Below the pieces are notes generated by a model, which saw only the letters and a list, made by a program, of their open reading frames with translations, searched no databases and was not told the origin of the DNA. Positions 10,683 through 21,300 of a DNA stretch of 64,000 bases are shown here, piece after piece (positions within the stretch are counted from its first letter, which is position 1; each line of letters begins with the position of its first letter). The position numbers and the translations under genes are program-made. This stretch comes from a bacterium (GTDB lineage: Bacteria; UBP7; UBA6624). The stretch spans positions 47,208 to 111,207 of the forward strand of contig PBAU01000010.1 in assembly GCA_002716355.1 (NCBI GenBank), in the 5' to 3' direction.

Positions 10683-11563
10683 TTTTTTAAATCCATATTT
10701 TTATAAAGATCATTAACCTCTTCTCCATAACCGTTATACATTAAAGTTTTTCTCCGTAGCCATTCCCCAATTCTTCTTTCAGTTTTTTGACTCCATCTAG
10801 GATGATCAACATCTGGATTCACATTACTGTAAAAGCCATACTCTTTTGGATTTGATTTAACCCAAGAAGTAAGAGGCATATCTCTTTCAAACGATATCTT
10901 AACAATTGACTTGATACTCTTGAAACCATACTTCCAAGGAGTCACCAACCTCAAAGGAGCTCCATTCTGATTCAATAAAGATTCACCATAAATTCCGGTT
11001 GATAAAAAAGACAGAGGATGCATTGCTTCATCCATCCTGAGACCCTCAACATAAGGCCAATCAAGAATGTTACTTTTTTGACCAATCATCTCTTCTGGCC
11101 TGTAAAGAGTTTCAAACTTGACATAACGTGCATTATCATCTGGCTCAAAATGCAATAAAAAATCTCTTAATGAAAAACCTGTCCAAGGGATTACCATTGA
11201 CCAACCCTCAACACACCTGAATCTATAAACTCTCTCTTCAATTTTATTCAATTTAAAAATATCATCCATGTCAAGAGTCTTTGGAGACCTGCATAAACCA
11301 CCCACCTCTACACTCCATGGATGTGTGGTTAGTCTAAATGCATTTTTTTTAGGATCACTTTTCGAAGTGCCAAATTCATAAAAGTTGTTGTAAGAAGTGA
11401 TTGCTTCATAAGACGTGGGCTTGTCATTCTGTGAAGCAAAAGATGAAAATTGTGCAAATTTCGAAAGACTAAGGCTTGAAATCCCCAAAAAAGAATTCTT
11501 AATAAAAGATCTTCTTTTAAGGTATATTGATTTTGGTGTAATTTTCAAATCAGACATTCTCAA
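10673..11563 (-). CDS. msrP: Periplasmic molybdopterin protein-methionine-sulfoxide reductase MsrP (YedY)
   Basis: 296 aa. Tat-type signal (RRSFIKNSFLGISSLS), YNNFYEFGTSKSDP and CVEGWS (Mo-ligand Cys context). Confidence 0.85.
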   Translation of the reverse strand: MRMSDLKITPKSIYLKRRSFIKNSFLGISSLSLSKFAQFSSFASQNDKPTSYEAITSYNNFYEFGTSKSDPKKNAFRLTTHPWSVEVGGLCRSPKTLDMDDIFKLNKIEERVYRFRCVEGWSMVIPWTGFSLRDFLLHFEPDDNARYVKFETLYRPEEMIGQKSNILDWPYVEGLRMDEAMHPLSFLSTGIYGESLLNQNGAPLRLVTPWKYGFKSIKSIVKISFERDMPLTSWVKSNPKEYGFYSNVNPDVDHPRWSQKTERRIGEWLRRKTLMYNGYGEEVNDLYKNMDLKKWF

Positions 11564-11617
11564 TTCGATTATAGAAGACGCATAAAAAAATTATTTAGAA
11601 TTCTAGACAGCAAACAA

Positions 11618-12325
11618 ATGAAAATTTCCAAAAATATATACAGTCAGAACTTCATACCTTGTAATATCAAAAATCTAAAAAAAATAAATATCCTTTCTGT
11701 GAAAAAGATAAATACAAAATTACTTGAAAGTCTTCTTGGCTCTATATCTCCAGCTAAAAACGGCTTAATGCAATACCCCTTACCGCTTCCTGGCTACACA
11801 AAAGTTAAAAGCATAATAAAAGATGTATCGCTAAACAACAATTCCTATTTTGAAAATAAAGAAATAGAACAAGATATACAGAAAATAAAATTTAAAAAAT
11901 TTTTTGAACTTACATTTTATGAAACAATTCTTTTAAATCTTTTTCTTAATTATTTTTGGGATAATGAAAACTTGATAATTCCATTGCATAAAAAACTAAC
12001 CGAAGATCAGCTCAGAATAATCGAAAATACAAATTTTAATAAAATTTATATATCAAAAAAACATGAAAATTTTAATTCTTCTGAATTCCATTTATTAAGC
12101 CCTGCTGGATCAATTGATGAAAAAATTAATTCAAAAATAAAAATCGATACCTATACATTTGAAACATCAATACCTCCTCAAGATTACCTTGATAAAGGTG
12201 TTTTCATATGGGAAACATCCCCATCAAACAATGGTTGGAAGATATCCACATTTAAAGAAGAAATTCCAAAAGTGAAAAAAATTGACAATTTTTCAAATTT
12301 TTTAAAATCAAATATAAATCTATGA
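11618..12325 (+). CDS. Hypothetical protein (235 aa, soluble, very AT-rich gene)
   Basis: First gene of a three-gene overlapping operon. No clear motif. There is only a faint resemblance to a degenerate ABC ATPase (see findings). Confidence 0.45.
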   Translation: MKISKNIYSQNFIPCNIKNLKKINILSVKKINTKLLESLLGSISPAKNGLMQYPLPLPGYTKVKSIIKDVSLNNNSYFENKEIEQDIQKIKFKKFFELTFYETILLNLFLNYFWDNENLIIPLHKKLTEDQLRIIENTNFNKIYISKKHENFNSSEFHLLSPAGSIDEKINSKIKIDTYTFETSIPPQDYLDKGVFIWETSPSNNGWKISTFKEEIPKVKKIDNFSNFLKSNINL

Positions 12326-12933
12326 AAAAATTAATCAAAATTCTTGCAGCAACGCAATGGAGTTGGTCATCAACAACAAATAATCTTTACCTGCCTTTAT
12401 GGTGGTTAACCACAATGATCCCCACTTTAAGCAATCCAAAATTGATGATTCTCTCGATGTTTTTATATGATTTTGGATTTTTTATCTTTTGCCAAAATAA
12501 CAAAAAAAATAAAATTTTTAATTTTTACAAAAATAATAATTTTTCTAACAGGGAAATTAAAACCGTTTATATGCTTTCACATCTTGCATGTCTTGGAGCT
12601 ACTGGACTTTTCGGAAGTGCATTACTACTCTTAGGAAGCTCATTAGATGCAAAAACATGGATATCTTTTCTTTTATTTAGATCAATATGGGGGCTTTTCG
12701 TTTGTGGGTTGTTAGTAAATTTTAAAAAACCAACTTATGCTTTATGTTTTTCCTTAACCCCAACATTAATCTCTTGCCTGAACTCTTTTAGCTTTTTTTC
12801 AATCACCGGAAAGGCCAAATATCTCTTAGGTTCAATAGTTCCTGGAATAGAACCTTTTAACAAATACAACTTTCTAATACTTTTACCTTTAATATTTACT
12901 ATGATTAGGCTGTTTGGCAAAAAGGAAACATGA
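12322..12933 (+). CDS. Hypothetical integral membrane protein (203 aa)
   Basis: Several hydrophobic segments. 4-nt start/stop overlaps with both neighbours. Confidence 0.5.
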   Translation: MKKLIKILAATQWSWSSTTNNLYLPLWWLTTMIPTLSNPKLMILSMFLYDFGFFIFCQNNKKNKIFNFYKNNNFSNREIKTVYMLSHLACLGATGLFGSALLLLGSSLDAKTWISFLLFRSIWGLFVCGLLVNFKKPTYALCFSLTPTLISCLNSFSFFSITGKAKYLLGSIVPGIEPFNKYNFLILLPLIFTMIRLFGKKET

Positions 12934-13400
12934 ATATATTCGTTCAAATACTAGCAAATAAAGTTTTTGCAAGTGCATGTTTTGGTTCCCTTTTTGGAAC
13001 CATTATCAAAATCTTGTTGCAAAAAATAAAAATAAATGAAAAATCCTCTATCGCTTATGGCGGCATGCCTTCGGGTCATACTTCTTTTTCAATTGCTGGA
13101 GCTTGGTCTGTTGGAATCAATTATGGCTTTGAATCACCTATATTTGGTGTAGCAATGATATGGGCAACACTTGTTATATTTGATGCATTAGGGATAAGAA
13201 GGAAAACTGGAGAGCATGCAAAAGCAATAAATAGCTTAATGGGTGATCTTTTTGAAAGGAAAGATGCAGAAACGATTAAAAAAGATTTTCAAGAGCTACA
13301 AGAGATACTTGGACATACACCAATCGAAGTCACAGCTGGGGTCATAACAGGTATTGGAACTGCCTACCTAGTGAATCAGTTTTGGCCGTTCTGGAATTAA
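12930..13400 (+). CDS. Divergent PAP2 / DUF212-family membrane protein (acid phosphatase/vanadium haloperoxidase-related)
   Basis: 156 aa. GGMPSGHTS ... FDALGIRRKTGEHAKAIN matches the DUF212 pattern. Confidence 0.75.
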   Translation: MNIFVQILANKVFASACFGSLFGTIIKILLQKIKINEKSSIAYGGMPSGHTSFSIAGAWSVGINYGFESPIFGVAMIWATLVIFDALGIRRKTGEHAKAINSLMGDLFERKDAETIKKDFQELQEILGHTPIEVTAGVITGIGTAYLVNQFWPFWN

Positions 13401-13429
13401 ATCCTAAAAAAATCTAATAAACAATAATA

Positions 13430-16400
13430 TTAAGAAGAGAAACCTTCCAGGTCTTCATCAAGTACACCAGTTCCAAAAGGTACACCTTCAACTTCATAAC
13501 TAACATCTTCAAAATTTCTAAATCCAGTACCAACAGGGACCCTTTCACCAACTATAACGTTTTCCTTTAAGCCGTTTAGGAAATCCAATTTTCCTTCTAT
13601 TGCAGCTTCCATAAGAGCACTTGCTGTCATTTGGAAACTAGCAGCAGAAAGGAATGAGCTACTGTTACTTGCTCCCTTCTTTAGACCTACCATAATTTGC
13701 TCCCAGCTAATTCTTTTTCCGTCAACCGCTTCAATTCTTTTATTGATTGATCTTATTTCGTTTATTGGGACCTTGTCATCAGGCATATATGTAGAGTCTC
13801 CTCCATCTATAACCTTAACGTATCTAAACATCTCTTTCAATATAACCTCAAAATGGATATCAAAAATATCTACACCTTGAGACCTATAAACATTTTGAAT
13901 TTTATCTAAAGCATATGACTGAGCTGAATCGATACCTTGAGCAGATAATATTTCAATAGGGCTTCTCAAACCACTGCTTATTGGATCAGCAACACTCAGT
14001 TCATCTCCAACTCTGACCTCAATATCTCGATTCCTTGGAATCAAAATATTTACAGAATCAGATGCAGCTTTTGATTTTCTTTTTGTCTTTTTACCTTTTG
14101 GAGCTATTGTTACTTCGTAACTATATCTATTACTATCTATTAGCTCTTTAATATTTGTTATAACTCCAGAAATAGGACTTAAAACAGCTCCTTCTCCCTT
14201 GAGGTCAGGCTTAAATCTACTTTGATAAACTTCAAAAAATATCTCAGCCAAAGGAAGTCCTTGCGTAATATCTGAAACATCAGATCCGGCTACACCTCCA
14301 GTATGGAAAGTTCTCATTGTCAACTGCGTTCCAGGCTCTCCAATTGATTGTGCAGCTATCACGCCAACAGGATCAGCCATACTTACAGGAGCACCTGTTG
14401 CCTTGTTGTATCCATAACAACGAGAACAACAACCCCTTGAAGAATTACATGTAATTGGAGACAATAATTTGACTCCCGTCAAGCCTGACTTAGATATACT
14501 GCTCCATGAGTTCTTTTTAGCCGCTTTAATGCTTCTTTCTCTGATCAAGTCAATTATTTTGTCAACATTATCTTCAGTAATAAGAACTCTTTCCTCGCAA
14601 AAAACATTGCCTTTTTCATCATAAATTTTTTCAGCAGTGTATCTGTGAAGTATCCTTCTCTTAAAAGAACCCCAATCAAAAGGCCCATCTTTTTCTAACC
14701 ACTTTGGACCAAAGGTATCAAAAGCTGCATTTTCTTCTTTTTTTGTTTTAAAGTGCGGTCTCTTTGTTATACCTCTAACAGTTCCACAATCCTCTTCCAC
14801 AATGTAAAGAGAATGAGCAATATCAACAAGCCTTCTTGTTAAATAACCAGATCTACTGGTTCTTAATGCTGTATCAGTTTGACCCTTTCTTGCACCATGC
14901 GTAGAGCTGAAGTATTCATGCACTGACAAACCTTCTTTAAAATTGCTCTTAATTGGCGAAAGGATCAGCTTACCAGTTGGGTCAGCCATTAGACCTCTCA
15001 TACCTGCCAATTGTCTTACCTGATCCATTTTCCCTCTTGCTCCAGAATTAATCATTAACATCAAAGAATTATCTTCAGCTTGCTCTCCAGCTTCTATCAA
15101 AAGCTCTGTTATCCTTTCAGTTGCCCTGTTCCAAAGAGCTTCAATTATGACCTCATGGTCAGTTTTTGTAAATCTTCTATCTTTTAACTTCTTTCCTGAA
15201 AGAGGGCTTAAACCATCAGACCATGCTGAAGGATTGTTATTATCTTTTTTGCTTTTTGGCCTACCTAATTCATTAGGTCTAACAAGTTCTAAACCTTTAG
15301 TTCTAGGATTTTTTTCAGCAAAAGTAAGATTTGTCTTAAGCCTTTGGTTGCACATTCCAGCTAGCTCAGGAGTCAAAATGCCACCATTATAAGCTTCGGA
15401 AATCAAGGACTCAACCTCTTCTGCAAGAGAAATGATTCTTTGTTTCCTTTTAGGTATGATTACATCATCCACTGATAAAGATATGCCAGCAAGGCTAGAT
15501 TGTCTAAAGCCAAGATCCTTGATGGAGTCGCATATTTTGATAGCATCAACCTGAGGGCAACTATTCAAAATTCGATTATTGATTTCTCTAAGCTCTTTAA
15601 TGTAAACAGGCTTGTCAACAAATCCGATTTCTTTTGGAAGAATTTGATTAAATATAATTCTTCCAACTGTTGTGATGACATAACCAGAACCATTTTTATT
15701 TCTCACTAAAACAACATCTCTAACAGATAATGGTGTGTTTTCTTTATCGTCAATTTTACGTTGAGATTCATATGCCAACCTAGCCTCACTTGGAGAGGTA
15801 AAAGAAGCTCTTATCCTTGATATTGGCAAGGTGATCTTTTCGACATCCTTAGGCCATTTTGACCTAATGTCTTTGATTGTTTCCTGATTCAAAAAACTCC
15901 ATTTACAGTTAACTTTTTTCTTAAATGGAGAATTTGAACTAGACAGATTACGAGTAAAAACATGCCCTATAAAATTTTTCTCTAATTTTTTTGCACTTGA
16001 AAGATCATTTCTTGACAATTCAACTTTTTGCTTAGGGTTGGTTGTCAAGTATGCAAGTCCGAGTATGACATCCTGACTGGGTAAATTAGATGGAGATCCT
16101 GTACCAGGAACAAAAGGATTATTTGTAGACAACATAAGTAATCTAGCTTCGGCTTGAGCACCTTCAGAAAGAGGTAAATGAACAGCCATTTGGTCACCAT
16201 CAAAATCAGCATTAAATGGCGTACAGACCAATGGGTGAAGCCTAATCGCAGATTCATCTGTCAAAATAGGCTGAAAAGCTTGTATGCCAAGTCTATGCAA
16301 GGTTGGAGCTCTGTTTAACATAACAACTGAAGAGCTAATAAGTTCAGCCAATATATCCCAAACTTTTCTTCTTTCTTTCGCCCCTTTTTGTAAAAGCTCA

Positions 16401-18355
16401 GATATAGGATCTTTTGAACCAACACCATCAATGAGGCCTTTTTCTTCAAGTACATTTCTTAATTTAGGCTTGTAAAGCTCTAAAGCAATTTTTTTAGGCA
16501 ATCCACATTGCCAGAGTTTTAAAGTGGGCCCTGCAACAATTACAGCTCGTGCAGAGTAATCAACTCTTTTTCCAAGAAGGTTTTGTCTAAATCTACCTTT
16601 TTTACCTCTTAGGGTATCAGTTAAAGACTCGAAAGGTCTGCCATTAGGGTCTTTGTCTGATTTCTGACTTCTCTGATTGTCGAATAACGCATCTACAGAC
16701 TGTTGCAAAAGACGTTTTTCATTGTTAACAATTACCTCAGGTGCACGAATCTTGACCATATTCTTAAGTCTTTTATTTCTAGTTACAACTCTATGATAAA
16801 GTTCATTTATATCGCTTGTTGCTTGTCTTCCACCTTCAAGACTGACTATAGGTCTTAAGTCAGGAGGAATAACAGGAAGTGTTTCAAAAACCATCCACTC
16901 CAATCTGTTTGCCTTTATTTCAGCATACCTTCTGCTTCGAAGAAACTGTTTCATGACTCTTAATCTTTTCTTAACGTCCCTAGCTCGTGTCTTTGTCATT
17001 TTTGACAAAGATGAATCAAGTTTTTTAACTATTGCTGCCAAAGCATCCTCTCCTCCGCTTCCATCTATACGTCTGAGCATCTCTTTGATAGCTCTACCTC
17101 CGGTCTCTATTTTAAAAACCTGCTCTGAGGCAATCCCTCCTCTTTTTTCAATAATTCTGCTTATGTTATCAAGATTTCTTTTTTGGTCACCTGAAAACAT
17201 AAAGGCAGACTCACTGTCTCCTTCTTTCAAAGGGTCATAACCCTCAAGCCCCCAAAATAAATCCAAACCATTTACCAAATGCTCTTGAGACATTATGGAT
17301 CTTTCTTGAATTTCATTATATTGTTCTATTTCTTTAATATTTGCTGTCTGGAAAGGACTGTCGCTCTTTAGAAGCTTCCAGAATAAATCATTCCAATTTT
17401 GATCATTTCTTGGATCAATCTTTTCTCCAGAAGGAAGTTTCAAAACCTCTTTAGAAACCCTTTGTTCAATAATTTTTCCTAAAGTTCTCTGAGTCTTTCC
17501 GACTTTAATCTTCAAAAGCTTTAAATGTTCATGATCAACTGAACCTGTCAAATTTTGAATAGTTCTAAAGTCAATCTTGCTATCAGCATCTAATATTGAC
17601 TCTTTAGTTTTTGGGTCAACAAAAGACTCTGCGATCTGAGAACCTCCAATATCCTCAAAAAGCATTTCAACTGCTTTTTTAGTATGCCAATAATTTGGTC
17701 TATTTGTTCTTGACAACAAAAGTTGTATTTCAGCCTCGACCCAATCCTTCAAGCTGCCACAGTATTCATTCAATCTCATGGACATAACATCTTGTTTCAT
17801 GGATAGATCAATATTGTCAAGATCAGAAACAGAAATATTTAAAACTTTGGCTAAATGTTTTGGATCCTGCCATCTAGAAACACCTTTTGCATTAGGAACC
17901 CTGTCTAAAAGATTGCTTTTTTTTGTTTGATCAAGAAAAACAACAGCATATTTCATATAGTAAACAATTTGCTTTGTCGCTCTTTTAGAAAGACCTAAAA
18001 CATTTTGTAATACATTTTTAGGTTGTATGCTTAAAAACCAAGGATGAACAACAGATGCAGCCAATTTAATAGTACCCATCCATCTTCTTCTTACTCTTTT
18101 GTGGGTTACTGCGACTCCACAAACCTCACACTCTAAATTATCTCTTCTTATATTTTTATACTTGCCACAATAACACTCAAAACTTATCGTTGGTCCAAAT
18201 ATTTTTTCACAAAATAAGCCATCTGGTTCAGGTCTACCGGTTCGATAATTAATAGTTTCTGGCTGTAAAACCTCACCACCCCAACTTTTAATTTTTTCTG
18301 GATTTGCTATAGAAATTCTTAAAGCTGAAATTTGTTTTTTACTCATTTTCTTCAT
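13430..18355 (-). CDS. rpoC: DNA-directed RNA polymerase subunit beta-prime (1641 aa, with large lineage-specific insertions)
   Basis: Zn-ribbon CYCGKY...CEVCG, catalytic NADFDGDQMAVH (nt 16193-16213), LNRAPTLHRLGIQAF and trigger loop MRTFHTGG. The start ATG at 18355 (or 18346) lies inside the rpoB 3' end. Confidence 0.97.
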   Translation of the reverse strand: MKKMSKKQISALRISIANPEKIKSWGGEVLQPETINYRTGRPEPDGLFCEKIFGPTISFECYCGKYKNIRRDNLECEVCGVAVTHKRVRRRWMGTIKLAASVVHPWFLSIQPKNVLQNVLGLSKRATKQIVYYMKYAVVFLDQTKKSNLLDRVPNAKGVSRWQDPKHLAKVLNISVSDLDNIDLSMKQDVMSMRLNEYCGSLKDWVEAEIQLLLSRTNRPNYWHTKKAVEMLFEDIGGSQIAESFVDPKTKESILDADSKIDFRTIQNLTGSVDHEHLKLLKIKVGKTQRTLGKIIEQRVSKEVLKLPSGEKIDPRNDQNWNDLFWKLLKSDSPFQTANIKEIEQYNEIQERSIMSQEHLVNGLDLFWGLEGYDPLKEGDSESAFMFSGDQKRNLDNISRIIEKRGGIASEQVFKIETGGRAIKEMLRRIDGSGGEDALAAIVKKLDSSLSKMTKTRARDVKKRLRVMKQFLRSRRYAEIKANRLEWMVFETLPVIPPDLRPIVSLEGGRQATSDINELYHRVVTRNKRLKNMVKIRAPEVIVNNEKRLLQQSVDALFDNQRSQKSDKDPNGRPFESLTDTLRGKKGRFRQNLLGKRVDYSARAVIVAGPTLKLWQCGLPKKIALELYKPKLRNVLEEKGLIDGVGSKDPISELLQKGAKERRKVWDILAELISSSVVMLNRAPTLHRLGIQAFQPILTDESAIRLHPLVCTPFNADFDGDQMAVHLPLSEGAQAEARLLMLSTNNPFVPGTGSPSNLPSQDVILGLAYLTTNPKQKVELSRNDLSSAKKLEKNFIGHVFTRNLSSSNSPFKKKVNCKWSFLNQETIKDIRSKWPKDVEKITLPISRIRASFTSPSEARLAYESQRKIDDKENTPLSVRDVVLVRNKNGSGYVITTVGRIIFNQILPKEIGFVDKPVYIKELREINNRILNSCPQVDAIKICDSIKDLGFRQSSLAGISLSVDDVIIPKRKQRIISLAEEVESLISEAYNGGILTPELAGMCNQRLKTNLTFAEKNPRTKGLELVRPNELGRPKSKKDNNNPSAWSDGLSPLSGKKLKDRRFTKTDHEVIIEALWNRATERITELLIEAGEQAEDNSLMLMINSGARGKMDQVRQLAGMRGLMADPTGKLILSPIKSNFKEGLSVHEYFSSTHGARKGQTDTALRTSRSGYLTRRLVDIAHSLYIVEEDCGTVRGITKRPHFKTKKEENAAFDTFGPKWLEKDGPFDWGSFKRRILHRYTAEKIYDEKGNVFCEERVLITEDNVDKIIDLIRERSIKAAKKNSWSSISKSGLTGVKLLSPITCNSSRGCCSRCYGYNKATGAPVSMADPVGVIAAQSIGEPGTQLTMRTFHTGGVAGSDVSDITQGLPLAEIFFEVYQSRFKPDLKGEGAVLSPISGVITNIKELIDSNRYSYEVTIAPKGKKTKRKSKAASDSVNILIPRNRDIEVRVGDELSVADPISSGLRSPIEILSAQGIDSAQSYALDKIQNVYRSQGVDIFDIHFEVILKEMFRYVKVIDGGDSTYMPDDKVPINEIRSINKRIEAVDGKRISWEQIMVGLKKGASNSSSFLSAASFQMTASALMEAAIEGKLDFLNGLKENVIVGERVPVGTGFRNFEDVSYEVEGVPFGTGVLDEDLEGFSS

Positions 18356-21300
18356 TCTCCTCAGATGTTACTTTTTGCTCAACTTCAGTGTTCGGATCTT
18401 CACCCTCTTCTAAACCAGCTTTTGACTCACTTGAATTTTCATCTTTATCACCTTTGTCTGATATCTCTTCAGAAAATTCATTCTTATCACTATGCTGAAA
18501 AAACTCTAAATCTAAACCTAAACCTCTTATTTCTTTATCAAGATTGTTAATACTTTCTGGCTTTAATGAAAGATCGATAGCCTCGCCCCTAGTCATTTTT
18601 TTATAAGCTAAGTTTCTTCCTTCAATATCGTCACTCTTGATGGTCAGCATTTCCTGCAAAGCTCTACTTGCGCCGTAAGCTTCCAATGCCCAAACTTCCA
18701 TTTCTCCAAACCTTTGCCCACCTCCTCTAGCCTTTCCGCCCAAAGGTTGTTGTGTTATTAATGAGTAAGGACCAATTGACCTAGCATGAACTTTTGCTTC
18801 AGCCAAATGATTCAACTTCATTATGCTCATTACTCCGACAACAACATCATTTTCCAATTTTGCTCCAGTTTTGCCATCATAAACAACACTCTTTCCATCT
18901 CTTCTGAGTCCATTTTTCTCTAACTCATCCTGAATTGTTTCCATTGAACAACCATTGAAAACAGGAACCTTTGCCCTATTTCCACCATGTTTGCTTGCCC
19001 AACCTAAATGCAACTCCATTAATTGTCCAATATTCATCCTTGAAGGAACACCTAAAGGATTCAATATGACATCAACAGGAGTTCCGTCTGACAAAAATGG
19101 CATGTCTTCTTCAGGTAAGATTGTGCTAACAACACCTTTGTTCCCATGCCTTCCTGCTAACTTGTCACCAACAGTTAATCTTCTTTTTATTGCAACATAA
19201 ACATCAACCTTCTGCAAAACACCTGGCCTTAACTCAACACCACTATCCTCTTTTGATAATGTGTCAACACGAATAACGACTCCATGTTCGCCTGTAGGCA
19301 TTCTCAAAGAAGTATTTCTCATATCAGAACCCTTTTGATTCATTATTTTCCAAATCAATTTTTCTTCAGGTGTTCTTTCTTTTTCTGGCTTTGGAGTAAG
19401 CTTACCAACAAGCAATTGTCCTTGGCTTACCTCAGTACCTACTCGCACTATCCCATCTCTTGTTAAGTTTGATAATAAAGAATCATCTTCATTTGGAATA
19501 TCAGCTGTGATAACCTCTTCTCCTAATCTTGTCCTTCTTGCAACACATTCAAATTTTTCGATCTGTACACTATCAAGAAGACCAAGCTTAGCAACTCTTT
19601 CACTTACAACAATTGAATCTTCAAAATTGTAGCCGTCTAAACTCATTAAAGCGATAGTTAAATTTTGCCCCAATGCTAATTCACCATTCTTAATACCAGG
19701 CCCATCAGTAAGTATTGAATCTTTTTTAACTTTATCCCCAGATTTAACAACAGGCTTCTGATCAATAACAGTGCTTTGGTTGCTTCTAGCATACCTTCTT
19801 AAAGAAAGAACATGTTTTTTTGATTCCTTTCCGCTTCCATCAACAGCTTGAGCTTTATCATACTCAATTGTTATCTTGCTTCCCTCATCAGGATAATCAG
19901 GATCAGGAGAAACGCTTACAACCTTGCCTGAACCTTTTGCTTTTAAAACATAACCACTTGAATCAGCTGCTGCAGATTCCATTCCGGTAAAAACACGTGC
20001 AGGTGATGGATTTAATAATGGACAAGATTGCCTTAACATGTTTGCACCCATTAAAGCTCTTGTTGCATCATCATGCTCCAAAAAAGGTATGAGAGAAGCC
20101 GAAACACCTACTAGTTGATCATTGCTGTAATCTAAATGTGTTACCTTTGATGAATCAATCCATTGAGGCTCTCTTCTATGTCTTGCGCTAACCCTGAAAG
20201 ATTCTCCTTGGTTTCTATCCTTGTGGGATGGTCCTGAAATATTTCCTTTTTGATCTACAAAAACACATGAAGAAGCAACATAGAAGTCTTCTTCTTCTAA
20301 AGCGTTAAAAAATTGCACATCTTTTTCCTTTTTCGGAAATTTAACATTACCATTTTCAACAGGTATATATGGAGTTTCAATAAATCCTTTCTCGTCTATT
20401 CTTGCCCATAAAGATAAACTTGTTATCAAGCCAACGTTTGCACCTTCTGGAGTTTCAATAGGGCAAATTCTGCCATAATGAGTTTTATGAACATCCCTAA
20501 CTTCAAAACCTGTTCTCTTTCTAGAAAGACCGCCAGGACCCATTGCTGAAAGTTTTCTTTTGTGCACAAGTTCTGAAAATGGATTTGTTTGATCTAAGAA
20601 TTGAACAAGTTCACCAGTGCTAAAGAATCTATCTATTGGCCTTAAAACTAATTTTGGAACTATCAAAGTTTGTGGTGTTTGTGTTTCGCCATCTTGGGTT
20701 CTTGATTTTTCTCTCGCCATTTTAACCATTCCCATTAAGCCTTTTTTCAGTTCTCCAGCAATCATCTCTCCAACACCCCTAACCCTTCTTATTCCAAGAT
20801 GATCAATATCATCAGAATCTTCTTCTTCTCTAACCTTGTTTATCAAAAAGTCAATACCTCTAACAACATCCTGAATCGTTAATCTTTGATGAGACAGTGG
20901 AACATCTTCGTTTTGAAAAGTTTGGTTTATTTGATATCTTCCGACTTCAGAGAGATCGTAATATTCACCTTCAAAAAATCTTTTCCATATAAAATCAAGA
21001 GCCGCTTCGGAAGAAGGCACTTGATCATTAGGCCTGAAATTCAAATAAATCTCTTTTATGCATTCATCTCTGCTTAGAAGGCCTGAGCTCATCCCATCTT
21101 CAAAACATTTCTGAAAAGCCCAAGGCGAATCTTCATCTTTTCCTACCTTTACATCAGGAAAACTTGAAACCTCTAATTCAACATAAGGCTCTTTTCCATC
21201 GTTTGCGGGAAGATATTGAATAGTTTCAACATGATCTTTTGTTAAGGTCTGACCTTTCTTAACAATGATATTTCCTTCATCATCCTTGATCGAAGATCTT

